A stretch of 58,826 nt of DNA, counting the filler, from Dugesia japonica (taxonomy: Eukaryota): NCBI GenBank assembly GCA_001938525.1. It is 5 parts of 5 records of this genome, joined end to end, with 100 filler letters (N's around TTAATTAATTAA, not from the genome) between each part and the next. Parts side by side here need not be neighbours in the genome. Positions count along the whole stretch, not along the records: positions 1 to 11,954 come from MQRL01637976.1; 4 more parts are not named here. One strand, written 5' to 3'. Shown in pieces: positions 1 to 12,054 of the stretch (the first letter of the stretch is position 1; the number at the start of each line of letters is the position of its first letter). The position numbers and the translations under genes are program-made. The notes under the pieces were generated by a model. The model had not been told where the DNA came from, did not search any database, and saw only the letters and a program-made list of their open reading frames with translations.

Positions 1-660
1 AAATTCAGTAGATTTATATATCTCAATGCAGTTTCACATCAAGATGAAAATACCACTGTTAAAATATTAAAAAAAAATTGGATTTTTAAATATGGTGCGC
101 CAAGAATAAATATACATATACATACAGATCGTGGAATATCATTTGAATCAAATCTATTTGAACAATCAGCTAAGGAATTTAATTGNNNNNNNNNNNNNNN
201 NNNNNCATATCATCATATAAGTAATGGAATAATTGAAAGACAATTTCGAACTATAAGAGATACAATTCATATTAGTTTACAGGATAAGAAAAACCAGGAC
301 TGGGCTGAAATTTTACCAGAAATAGTATTTATGCTGAACACCACAATTCAGAGAACGATGATTGTATCTCCAGCTGAATTAGTTTTTGCGAAAACTTTAC
401 ACAAAGAATGGATTGTTAGGAATGATAAAACCAATGTAAATGAAAGAAATCTAAAGCGGAAAAGAATAATAAACAGATGAAATAACTATGAAAATTCCAA
501 AAATTTAGAAAAGAATAATACAGTTAAAAATTTAATATTGGTGACAAAGTTTTAATTAAGAGAGAAAGTCCACATAAAAATGAAAACAGATATGAAGGAA
601 CAGCAATTATTATAGATAAAATACACGATAGGAGTTTTAAATTAGAACTTTCTAATAGTA
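1..660 (+). mobile_element. Ty3/Gypsy integrase remnant (catalytic core and C-terminal part)
   Basis: Manual translation: KFSRFIYL...WIFKYGAP..IHTDRGISFES...YHHISNGIIERQFRTIRD...DWAEILPEIVFMLNTT...SPAELVF; after a frameshift FNIGDKVLIK...RYEGTAII. Homologous to the integrases at 30400-31070 and 34900-35590. Confidence 0.85.
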
Positions 661-789
661 AAAAAATTAACTAATATAACTATGAAAATTAAAAAAAATT
701 ACAAAAAAATTACAAAAATTTAATATTAAAAAATTCTAAATATAATATATCTAAAATACCTAAAAGACTTTTCTATATTAATTAATAAA

Positions 790-1590
790 AAAAAAATTAT
801 TTTTGAAATTTTTTGAGTTGATTTAAAAATATAAAAATCAATAAAATTTTAAATTAAAAGTATAAAAAAAATTAACCAATAAAATTTTAAATTAAAAGTA
901 TAAAAAAAAAATAACCAATAAAATTTCGATAAAATTTAAAGAATTGAGTAACANNNNNNNNNNNNNNNNNNNNNNNNNNNNNNNNNNNNNNNNNNNNNNN
1001 NNNTGATTCGTTTTTAGTGTAAATCAGACTTCAATTATTGAACACTCCAACCTCTAAGGGCGGCAGTAGTTCATATAGTTAAAATATTGCGACTTAAGTC
1101 TGTTTATAGAAATCTGTAGAAATATTGTTATATACCAAAATATTATCATTATTGAAAAGGTGTTTTATTTTATTTATATAGGAAAACACATATATTACAC
1201 TATTTATAATTTGTTTAAAATATCACAGTTATATAATATTGTAGTACACACATAATAAAATATCAAAATCCAAAATTTGATAAAGCATTTGTTATTAACG
1301 AACCATAAAATCTTTTGTTGAGTTATAATACCCAATATTAATTAAAAAAAATTTTTTCAAATTTTTTGAGTTTAGTTGATTTAAAAATAAAAGTTAAAAT
1401 CATTAAAATTAAAAGTAAAAAAAATAAACCAATTAAATTTCGATAAAATTTAAAGAAGTGAGTAACAAAGATCTATTGTATTGAATATCTCAAGAAGCCA
1501 ACATGTTCCTGAAGAAGACTATTGTCGAAAATTTGAACCTTTTTACAAATAAATTTTATTTTGATCGAAGCCTTTTCTTATTGTAATGAA
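790..1590 (+). repeat. Two diverged direct repeats about 514 bp apart; the second copy continues into a hammerhead motif (Penelope pLTR or retrozyme-like)
   Basis: The block ttttgag..ttgatttaaaaata...aaatttcgataaaatttaaagaa.tgagtaaca ends at 953 (then an N gap) and again at 1467. Confidence 0.6.
1505..1538 (+). ncRNA. Minimal type-I hammerhead ribozyme motif
   Basis: GTTC-CTGAAGA-A-GAC(TATT)GTC-GAAA-AT-TT-GAAC: stem I GTTC/GAAC, CUGANGA and GAAA boxes, 3-bp stem II, palindromic AATT in place of stem III. Confidence 0.65.
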
Positions 1591-1749
1591 ATCGATGTAC
1601 TCATTAATAAACCTAATCTGCACAATTTACATATAATTTTATTAATAAAATATGCAAAGTTCATTCAAATTTTCATATATTTACATATACATTTAATTAA
1701 GAATAATTCACAAACTACAATATGTTTTCTACAGGCTTTATAAGATAAT

Positions 1750-2590
1750 TATTGGGTCTTATAATTTAATTACATGGTAATTATATGGTTTCTTTAATGG
1801 ATTTAAAGGTTTTATTAGGTTTGTAATGTAATTACACGTTTTATATGTTCTTATAGTGTTTTGTTATTGGGTTTATTAGTTTTTGTATGGTCTTATAAGG
1901 TAATTATATGGTTTNNNNNNNNNNTTATATGGTTTCTTTATTGGATTTATGAGTTTATTATAGGATTTTTATAGGATCTTATGAGGTATCTATAAGGTTT
2001 GTATCGGGCTTGTAATGTTTTTTATAGGATTTTATATGAGTTTATTGATCAAATATTTCAAAATGACATAGATGTCTATTTAATATTTCCAAACATATAT
2101 GTCAATAGAGTATAATGCACTAAACCTAATAGAGATTCATATATAATAAACTTATACATATAAAACCAATATGGACTTATATACACACAGAGCCAATTTG
2201 ATTTTATACACAATAAAACCAATGTAATCTTATACATAAAATAAACTAAATAGAGTAATTAAATACACACATAATATAGTCATATAATACACATAATATG
2301 TTCTATATATTAATATAATATACACAATAAACTCAATAATGATATAATGCATGCAATACACAAAATAATGCCATAAATTACACCCAGTAATGTCATATAA
2401 TAAACCCATAAAGTCACGTAAATACACACAATATGCTCTATATTCATATATTACATGCAATACACAAAAGAAATATCATATAATACATACAATATACCAA
2501 ATGATGTCATATAATGCACACAAATAACCCAATAAAACCATTAAAACACGCACAAACTTACCCAATAGTGCCTTATAATACACAGTAACT
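1750..2590. repeat. Degenerate inverted arrays of short modules (foldback-like)
   Basis: The G/T-rich arm at 1750-2045 (ttattaggtttg, attgggtttatt) is mirrored by a C/A-rich arm at 2120-2590 (taaacctaatag, aataaacccat, aataaactcaat). Confidence 0.45.
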
Positions 2591-3014
2591 TTATAGAGTT
2601 ATTAAATACATAGATTTTGGTAAACTTTACCAAAAATTACATAGAAGTTGACAAAAAATTCGATTTCCTATGTACACCAACGAAGAAAAATTTCGAAAAT
2701 TCCAAAGAAATCCGAAAAAATTTAAAACATTACATAGAAGTCGGTGAAATTTTATAATGAAAAGAAAAAAAAATTTAAACAGTAAAAATAAATAGTTAAC
2801 AGTGAAAAATTATTTTTAACAATTAATTTTGCAACACTAAATAAAAATAATGTCAATCACAAACAAGAGAATACAATGAAACAATAATGAGAAAAAGTAG
2901 AGAAAGAAAATATAACATTGATAATAAAATTAATAATAATCATAATAATAATAAAAATAATAATAATAATAGTAATAGAAATAAAAGTAATAAAAATAAT
3001 AGTAATAATAATAA

Positions 3015-4069
3015 TGTGAGGGTTCATGTGAATCCCCTCCCAGTTTTATCTGTTTAGGTGTTAAAAATAAATGTCTATGTAAAATAACAATAATTAATTA
3101 ATAATAAGAAAATGTATGACAATAATAATATTAAATATAGGATTTTGTAAATAATAAATTTGGCAAATATAATAGATAGATAATAATAATAAATAATAAA
3201 ATGTTAGATTAGAATAAATAATAATATTATAATAATAGGTATAATAATAAAATAATGATAAATTAATAAATAATAAAAATAAATATTAAATTAGAATAAA
3301 TAATAAAATTATAATAAATCTTAAAAAATAAATTTCATTATTTTGTTAATTGAGCCTTGTCTTGACAAGTGACTCATTATCAATTCGCTGATGTTTGTAT
3401 GAGAGTAGAAAAATGTCCAAATTTGGTGATTTAAGTTAAAATTCTGAAATCACCTAATTTGGACGTGTAGGTGTCATTTGATCGGTTGTTCAATTATATA
3501 TATAATTGCAACCAGATAATCAGTGAACACAAATTAATTGCTCTCAAAAAAATTGAACTTGGAACTTATTAGTGACAATTATTTAGAGTTAGAGGTAAAC
3601 TTTATTTTTTTTAAAATCAGTTTTGTTTTATTGTATTTTGATCAACTAAATTTGATCTAGAAATACAAATCTTGTTCAATAGTAACAAGTTAGGATTAAA
3701 TTACTCTAAAATAAAAAGACTCAAATCAAGAACTAGTGTTGATTTAGTTATTAAATCTAAACACTTAGTTAAAAATAAAAGAATATTTCTCTTTTATTCA
3801 TAGTTTTAAATAGAGCGTTAATCTAAAACGTGTGGATAATTTTGAGCAATTGAACCTTGTGAATTATATTTCTCTTTATAGGTGTAACCTCAAGTAATAA
3901 CTTGTAAAATTATTAATAAATTATTTAGTTTTTATAAGAAGTAAATTAAGTTGTATTGTTATAATTGAGAATAAATTCTTGAGTTTTATTGTGTTTGTCT
4001 TCAAAGTTATTTGCTATTTAATTATATTATCTAAAATTATAGAGTTCATAGTTAAACTTAAACGACACA
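3015..4069 (+). mobile_element. Possible solo LTR
   Basis: Begins TGTG right after an (AAT)n tract and ends CACA. Contains a TATA-bearing palindrome ggttg..caattatatatataattgcaacc near 3484-3513. No target-site duplication found. Confidence 0.3.
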
Positions 4070-4830
4070 GATCGAAATAAATAATTGTCTTATCAAACTC
4101 TCTTAATTTACGCNACCGAAAATTAACTGATTTTGGTCTCGTCAGATTGAGCACATATTGTGAGGACATTTAAATTGAAATTCGTGATAAATAAATATTA
4201 ATTTATCTTTTGAANNNNNNNNNNNNNNNNNNNNNNNNNNNNNNNNNNNNNNNNNNNNNNNNNNNNNNNNNNNNNNNNNNNNNNNNNNNNNNNNNNNNNN
4301 NNNNNNNNNNNNNNNNNNNNNNNNNNNNNNNNNNNNNNNNNNAATATTAATCAAATTTAAAAAATATAATAAATTAATAAATATCATTCAATAAAGTTAA
4401 GTTATTAATTAATTAAAGACAATCATATAATTTAAAATAAAAACTACTGTTGCAATTGCATGCAAAGCAATTTATATTAATTAAAAAGAAAATATTAATG
4501 TTTTTTTATTTGAGATATATTATATCCTATAAATGCATAATAAAACAAAACAATAGTCTATTGAACATTATAAAATCATACAAAACCTAGAAAATCCACA
4601 AACCCCTGGTAAAACGTAAATATTTCTCTAGTAACATTGATATTAATAATGCTTAGAGGGTATTAAAATTAATATTGTCCAGAAGATATTAGCGTTAGTA
4701 AAAAATTTTATAAAACAAAAAAATATATTTTCAAAAAAAAAATTTCGAAATAAAAAAGCTTCTAAAAAAATAATTAAAAAAAAAATTGTTCAAAAAAAAA
4801 CTCAAAATAAGAAAAAAAAAGTAAAACAAA

Positions 4831-5010
4831 AATGTAACTATAACAAGGAAAATGCAACAAGAAAACAACTATGACAAAGAAAATGCAACTTGAATTCAAC
4901 TATAACAAAGAAAATGCAACACTAATGTAACTATACCAAGGAAAATACAACACTAATGCAATTATAACAAAGAAAATGAAACACGAATTCAAGTAAACAA
5001 AGAATATGAG
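4831..5010. repeat. 31-bp minisatellite, about 6 copies
   Basis: The unit AACTATAACAAAGAAAATGCAACACTAATGT recurs at 4836, 4867, 4898, 4929, 4960 and 4991. Confidence 0.85.
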
Positions 5011-6711
5011 TCATATTTGTGCAACATGAATGCAATGGAAACATTGAAAATGTACAATAAATCAAAGTTTTGATTACGGTTCTTTAGAATCTTATGTGAN
5101 NNNNNNNNNNNNNNNNNNNNNNNNNNNNNNNNNNNNNNNNNNNNNNNNNNNNNNNNNNNNNNNNNNNNNNNNNNNNNNNNNNNNNNNNNNNNNNNNNNNN
5201 NNNNNNNNNNNNNNNNNNNNNNNNNNNNNNNNNNNNNNNNNNNNNNNNNNNNNNNNNNNNNNNNNNNNNNNNNNNNNNNNNNNNNNNNNNNNNNNNNNNN
5301 NNNNNNNNNNNNNNNNNNNNNNNNNNNNNNNNNNNNNNNNNATTCCTCATTATTTCATATTTCAATTACAAAGTAAGTGACTATTTATTCATTAATTTAT
5401 TTTAATGATTTTTTTTAAATTTTAGATATTAACAAACTGAATTCAATGAAAAATTTTTCAAAAAACATGACGAGAAGTTTTAACATGTTAAGTTTTATTA
5501 ATTAGCTTATTGTTATTGATTTATATTTCAAACTGAAAAAATAAATGATGTGTCTAAGGAATTTTATGACAATATGACAAAGAAATTTATGAATAGACGT
5601 TAGACTTATTAAGATTAAATTTTAGGTTAATGACTTTCTTTAAGAAATTTTAATTAATGATTTTATTTAAATTGTTAAGTTCACTATCATTACAATTTTT
5701 ATTGTAATGCTTTTATTTACATTGTAAAATTAATTATCATTATAATTTTTATTGTAATGATTTAAACTTTACATAATATTATCAAATTTTAACTTAATAA
5801 TTTTTACTTAGTTTAATGATATAACTTAAATATTATGAAAAGAAGCACATTTACAGGTAATTAATTTTGTTATTTAAACTAATTAAAATGTACTATTAAA
5901 ATCTAATTTACAATTAAGATCCAGTTTTAAATAACTGTACATAATGACTGATTATCTATGTTTTATCAACAATAAATTTTATGTTTTGATTAGTCTTTTT
6001 ATTTGTTTTTATATATTATTATTATTAATATTGTCTAAGAAGCATCTAATCTTAATACTGCCCGGGGGAAATTCACTTCAAATTTGAAAATTTAAACAAA
6101 ATAGGTTTTACCATCAATTTTTTGTGAAAAATCCATTAAAATCATTAAATCATTTAATTTAAATAAAAATCTCAAAAATCCATAAATTTAAACCAATGAT
6201 AAAAATCAATTAATTTAAACAAAAATAGTTAATTTCCCTTAATTTAAAATTGTTAAAATTGACAGAAATTTAATTTTCAATTAAAATTAAAAGCTTTTAA
6301 TGACATTTTTATTTAAATTAAGTGACATTTATTGTGTTATCATGTTACCCATCTATCGATGCGTAATTTTACATCTATCAAGAATATGATGGTTAAAAAT
6401 CAATAAACTATATACACAACAAATAAATGGAAAAATATTAAAACGGATAAGTGCATTTAAATGAAATTTACTAGGATAATATTAGCATTAGTTGCTCCCG
6501 AACAATATAATTATTAAGATATGAAAACTTTGTTAAGTAAATTTTCACGATATATCATGCACAGTAATTAATGATTTTCTTTTTAAATAAACTATATGTA
6601 AAAATTGTAAACTATAATTTTAGTCTAGTTTAAGAGAATAATTTTATTATTTTATTTTTTCGATGTTTAAAATTGGAAAAGAATTCATATATGAAAACTA
6701 TAAATACATAC

Positions 6712-6951
6712 TTGTTCTAATATTGTAAAATCTGATAAACATTTCGCAAAGTTTATTAATTTTCTCACAAGAAATCCACTGGAATTGATTAAATTAATTA
6801 AATTAGCCTCTTCAATGGCACTAGGGGACATTGAACCAGATTCAAAGAAATTATCTATATAAGATTTATGAATAAAAAATAGAGTATCCCATTCTTCTTC
6901 GGTTAATAATCTGGCAAGACCTTCTCGACTAAGCTTATCATTAATTGAAAT
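6712..6951 (-). CDS. Nuclear hormone receptor exon, start of ligand-binding domain (helices 1-3 and signature), NR1-type, possibly HR96/NR1J-like
   Basis: 240-nt phase-0 exon bounded by tttag| and |gtatgt: ISINDKLSREGLARLLTEEEWDTLFFIHKSYIDNFFESGSMSPSAIEEANLINLINSSGFLVRKLINFAKCLSDFTILEQ. FAKxLxxFxxL is the nuclear receptor LBD signature. Confidence 0.8.
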
Positions 6952-7493
6952 CTAAATAAAAAACTAAAGTAAAAGAAGAATATTAAAAATATACTAAATT
7001 TTCTTAAATACTAATAGATAACATTTTTTTAAAAACTATTTTAACCATTGATATGTATAATAACTGAATATTTAGAAAAACAAATTTTTTTTAAATGGAA
7101 AGATCATAAATCATTAAACCATCTTCTATTTACATAGATGGTTCAATATTTCGACTATTGTTCAATTCATTCTGGTTATAAACGTTTAAATAGAAACACA
7201 CTTTACATTAGTATGATTAAACGCATAATAATAACATTAAAATTTAAATTTATTGAACATATTCTCGGCTATTTGGTGGAAACCATAAAAATTGTTGAGG
7301 TTTTAGGCTTTTGATGTTGATTGATGTACAACACTTTGCTTTTATTATTATCTTCCATTCTCACACTTATTCGATTAGTCGCTTTCATATCCATCTGAGG
7401 GGCATACCTAAAGCCCACAAACATTTATAACACGTCTGTGTCATGACCCTTTTCTTAGAGTCCAGTGAAACTTTGTGGTCTTGACTACTTGGG

Positions 7494-7786
7494 TGTTAGA
7501 AAACATCAATCTTATTTACTCAGTAATAATATTTAGTTTCTTTTAATTTCAAGCTTATGTTTTAAAGACATTACCAGATAGAGCAATTTGTTTTTCCGAC
7601 ACTACAATATTGAAGAAAGAAATATTGATTACATTATTAAAATTGAATTTCAACTCATAACCCATCGTTTTAGTAATTTAAACACAAAAATAGTTTTATT
7701 ATTCATTAATTCAAATTGAATATTATTTTAATTCACCGTTATGTACTCGAATAATCATTATTTAATCAATAACACTATCCTTCACA
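7494..7786 (-). mobile_element. Probable LTR
   Basis: On the minus strand, a purine tract aaaggcagg is followed by TGTGAAGG, and the segment ends TCTAACA like other LTR ends in the window. Confidence 0.45.
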
Positions 7787-7949
7787 CCTGCCTTTGCAAA
7801 TTCACAAACATTCTAGTGACATACATATAAAAAAACAATAACGAGCAAAGAAAACAGCGATAATAGCAAAGTATTTTTATTTTGTTATTGATTCCACCTT
7901 GACGATGATGGGGGAACGCGATCCATACTTTGAGAAGCTCTGGTTTAGA

Positions 7950-10390
7950 TAATATATCTGCAATACCATGCTGAATTCCTTTACTATATTCTAATACCAT
8001 GTCTAGACTACTGAGTTAAATAATGCAGGTCTAGTATTGTGACGTAATTGATTTCTTCTTCATCATTATGAAAGTTAAAGCTTTAAAGTCTTTCATAAGA
8101 GTAAATCTTCTATCGTGCAAAGTTAAGTTTGAAATGCATGCAGAAACAAACATCCAATAACTTTTTCATGTATTGCAGTATCCTTTTTCATGACCAGTCA
8201 TTGGCCGTGATCATGGGCAACAACTCTTTCTCTTATTTCTTTATTTTTCTGTGACAATAATGCTTCAATTGTATCAAAAATATNNNNNNNNNNNNNTATA
8301 AATCCGTATATAACATAAAAACACAATATTGGCGCAGTCCTGGGAGCTTTCTTCAGACCCTCAAAAGTATCGCTCATTTTACCTGTCCATTCTAACTTCT
8401 TGTTGCTTGGTCCACTACACAAATATTCTAAGATCCTTGACTTTCTTGCATAGTTTTATTTAAACTTCTTGTAATAATTACAAATTCCTACGGATCTTCG
8501 CAACTCCTTCAGGCAGTTAGGTTTGCAAATGTTCTCATTATGCCTATTTTAGAAGAACCAGTTCTCGCATTATCTCTGTTAATTATATGCACAAAAAATT
8601 TGATTTCGCTTTGAAGAAGCTGACACTTTTCTGGATTAATTCTTTAACTAGCCTTCATTATTTCCTTTAATACTCTGTCAATTCATTCATATTGTCGCTT
8701 TTATTTTTCTTGTATATCCGAATGTCATCAAGATATACTATAGGTTCATTAATTATGTCTACTACTTTTGTCATCATCTCTCGAAATGTACCTGGTGCCG
8801 CTGAAATGCTGAATGGCACTCTATTAAAACAATATTGGCCGTTCTTTGTCAAAACACTATTTTCTTGAGAATTTTCTCTACCCAATAATGCGCATTTCCA
8901 AAATCAATTGAACTAAAATATCTTGCTCCATCTAACTTGTCCAGCATTTTATCGACGTTAGGTAAAGGAAAGTCTTATATTCGTTACTGTATGTAATTGC
9001 TTGGAATTTAAATGTATCCTTATGTTCGTCTTTTCCTTTTTTCAAACACAAATCAGCGGGGTATTCCATGGAGAGTTGCATTTCCGGATAATATTATTCT
9101 CAAACAAGTTTTAAATAGTTTCCAAGTTCATTGGTTGCCTATGCGGTTTTACATTGATTGGTTCACCATTTGTTATTATTTTGTGTTTTTTTCAGACGTG
9201 TACTTCCTATATCCCATTTATCCGCCATAAAAACATCTTCTTTAGTTCCGAGTATTTTCAATAACCGTAAAACGTCTTTAACCTTCAGAGTATTTAAAGC
9301 TCTTGTTAATTGCTCTCCATTTTTAATTTGCCTCCCAAATTTAAATTCAATGTTATAAATGTAATTTTCAATTTTGTATCAAATTTGCTATCCACTTTTG
9401 TACAAGCTTGTATCCCAAGACTTTTTCATATCTATTCCTCCAATCATATTTGGTATCACTNTTTTCGCAACTAAGAAAGTAACTTTGCAAACTTTACCAA
9501 TTGTGGCTCCAGTTCTAACTTTCCCAACAATCTCCAACATAACGCAATTTTTTATCACTCATTTCTAAATGCAGGTCTTGTAATATATTAAAACAACTCA
9601 AACTAAAAACGTTAGTTTGAGCCCCTCTATCTAATAAGCATTCAACTTTATTTCCCTAAATTGGTGCCATAACCTTGGCCTAACTTACAATTTATGGAAC
9701 GAAATATTTGTTCTCTGTTCTGCCTCAATTATTTCAACTCATTTCACTTTTCAATAATCCCGAAAATTTTCCCGCTTTAAAAACCTATAAACGTTTTCTT
9801 TACCTTTCACGATATAATTACACTTCTCATCCCCTAGAGGATAATCAACCAATTGATCTAACAATGAATGGCTTTAACCAACTCCTCTACTGGTGGAGCC
9901 TTGCCTTTTAAGTACTGCCTTTCAGAATCACTTGCATATACTTCCTCATATATATATCTTTTGTATTGACTACTTCATCTGCAATCGCATGTATTCGATT
10001 ATATCACTTTCCTGGCCTTCCAGCAGTCACAAATTTCTCAGTTATTCTTGGCATTTTCAAATTTGTGTAGCACTATTATGCTTTATGTTACAATTTTCAC
10101 ATCGTTTACACCTCACGTATTGACATAACTTTCTAATATGGCCAACTTTTTCACAACCAAAGCATTTTGTTGTTTTTTATCTGACAAACTCGACTTATAT
10201 GTCCTTTTTATGATAAGTTCAACCCTCTACTACTTTTTTCGTCGAACAATTTTTTTTAGTATGACCGATCTTTTGACATAAACAACATTCGATTTCCCTT
10301 CCTTTGTTCTACGCACAGTACGATTTAAAGATTTCTGATAATTTCGATTTATAACTCTAGCGGAATTTCTAACTGCATCAACTTGATCTC
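7950..10390 (-). mobile_element. Degenerate Ty3/Gypsy element (gag zinc knuckles, protease, RT, RNase H; integrase missing) inside the nuclear receptor intron
   Basis: ORF fragments GQYCFNRVPFSISAAPGTF...VYLDDI (RT), CSGPSNKKLEWT...FDTIEALLSQ...ERVVA (RNase H) and EYSKGIQHGIADILSKP. Colinear with the element at 27600-30000. Confidence 0.9.
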
Positions 10391-10438
10391 TTCTTTTCTA
10401 GATCTAATCGATCTCTCTTTCGATCTACTAACGTTGCA

Positions 10439-10735
10439 ATGGGCGAACTACAGAAGAAATGATCGGATCCAAAAATCCGGTACGGTTTCGAGGCTAAGAA
10501 AAACTGAGAGAAGCACCACGAAAACCAAAAAGTCATACCCAAAAATGGCTATCGAATCAATAAGCGTACAGTCTGAACAAGTTAGCGTTGAAAAAATTTT
10601 AAACAAGAGCGTATGAAACATTTGATGGAGATGATTCGATATTCGAAAATTAATAAAGGGTTTGAGTACATTTTTTTAACGTGTATTGATGTATTTAGTA
10701 GATTTGCGAGAGCTGTTCCGGTTAAATCAATAGCA
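10439..10735 (+). mobile_element. Polinton/Maverick-type integrase, N-terminal fragment (pseudogene)
   Basis: Frameshifted translation DPK.NPVRFRG*EKL...QKWLSNQ*AYSLNKLALKKF*TRAY...MIRYSKINKGFEYIFLTCIDVFSRFARAVPVKS matches the Maverick c-integrase pattern (WL..Q.AY.L.K....KF; NKGY.YILT.IDVFSR.A.A.P.K). Confidence 0.75.
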
Positions 10736-10766
10736 ATAATAATAAAAATAATAATAATAAATTTAC

Positions 10767-11092
10767 CAATTTTGACTTTTTAGATACAGACATTATAACT
10801 GTTGGTTTAAATGAGTTATAAGATTTGTTAAAATGAGCAGTTACAGTAGATAAATCTGGAATGATTGCTTCTTTNTTTGATTCATCAATATTATGTACAA
10901 AATTCTCAGAATTTTTAAGATGATTTAAATCATCTTTAACAAAATTAGAATTAGACGTTCTCTCATCGATAGAAGCAGACATACAACTACTTGAAGACAC
11001 AGAATTAGAATTCGTTATAAATTCAGAAGAAGTAAAATATTTATCCTCTACATTTTCACAGGACTTGTTATATTTTCTTTTGTTAGTGTGAC
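10767..11092 (-). CDS. Probable hinge-region exon of the nuclear receptor, splicing in frame to 6712-6951
   Basis: 326-nt open exon bounded by tttag| and |gtaaat: HTNKRKYNKSCEN...SVSKKSKL. It ends in phase 0, matching the phase-0 start of the LBD exon. Confidence 0.6.
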
Positions 11093-11545
11093 CTAAACAT
11101 AATATTTGAAATTATTTTTATTATTTTCCTAAATTAAAATCTTTTGTGAAAGAAATTTACAAAATAAAAATACGTAACTTACGAAATTATATGATGCAAA
11201 AAATCATATATAATGTGTACAATATTGGGGATGCATTAGATAATTTAAATTGTCGCCAGTCACATTCTTTCAAGGCAACAGAGTTTAATAATGAAATTGT
11301 TTTATATTATATCAAACATAATAATAAGCGAAATGATTTTTTTCAATAAAAAAATTAATTGCATTATTTACTTCAATAATTTTTAAGATTATTAAATTAT
11401 TAATAATCCTATGAATAATCTCAAATAATATAATAATAAATAATTAATTATATGAAAAGAAAATTCTAGTCACAGGCAATGAAATATCTCCAATATTGGA
11501 CAAAGTTTCATGAACTAATGACAAAATAAAACTATAATTAAGATA

Positions 11546-11954
11546 TTAGGTTGGTGGGAATGTTTCCGACGATTTTTTTTCAAAATTTAAAAATCAAAAT
11601 GAAAGTTCTATTTAAAGTTTATTCAATACATAATTTCCATCATTATTAATGATCTTCTCCCACATTTGTGGTAAGCACTCAATGTCATCTCTGAATAACA
11701 TTTCACTTTTTGATTCGAAGAAATCTTCCAATGCTTTTTCGATAGCACTCTTATCTTTGAATTTCCACCCTTTCAAGAAGTGCTGGATTGATCGAAATAA
11801 ATGGAAGTATGATGGAGCAATATCAGGATTTGTATAATAGGTATGGAAGGAGTCCCCAACCAAACTCCGTCACCTTCATCTAATAGATTTTGACCACATG
11901 CGGTCCGGCATTGACTCCATGAAGTATGATTTCCTTTCTATTTAGCAGCGCCGG
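11546..11954 (-). mobile_element. Mariner transposon 3' end (transposase C-terminus and TIR)
   Basis: NPDIAPSYFHLFRSIQHFLKG..F...LEDFFESK...LPQMWEKIINNDGNY resembles the mariner YSPDLAPSDYHLF motif. TA followed by a TTAGGTTGGT terminus at 11544-11555. Cut by the linker. Confidence 0.9.
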
Positions 11955-12054
11955 NNNNNNNNNNNNNNNNNNNNNNNNNNNNNNNNNNNNNNNNNNNNTT
12001 AATTAATTAANNNNNNNNNNNNNNNNNNNNNNNNNNNNNNNNNNNNNNNNNNNN
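11955..12054. other. Artificial assembly linker 44N-TTAATTAATTAA-44N
   Basis: Identical 100-bp spacer with stops in all six frames, occurring four times in the window. Confidence 0.95.

Noticed and set aside
1059-1100. tRNA or SINE head-like sequence
   Set aside because: Only a vague A-box; no B-box, T-arm or acceptor pairing.
4831-5010. CRISPR-like regular repeats
   Set aside because: Contiguous 31-bp units with no unique spacers, no cas genes and a eukaryotic context; a minisatellite.
4142-5380. ORFs spanning N runs (also 56738-58013)
   Set aside because: Open only because of gaps.
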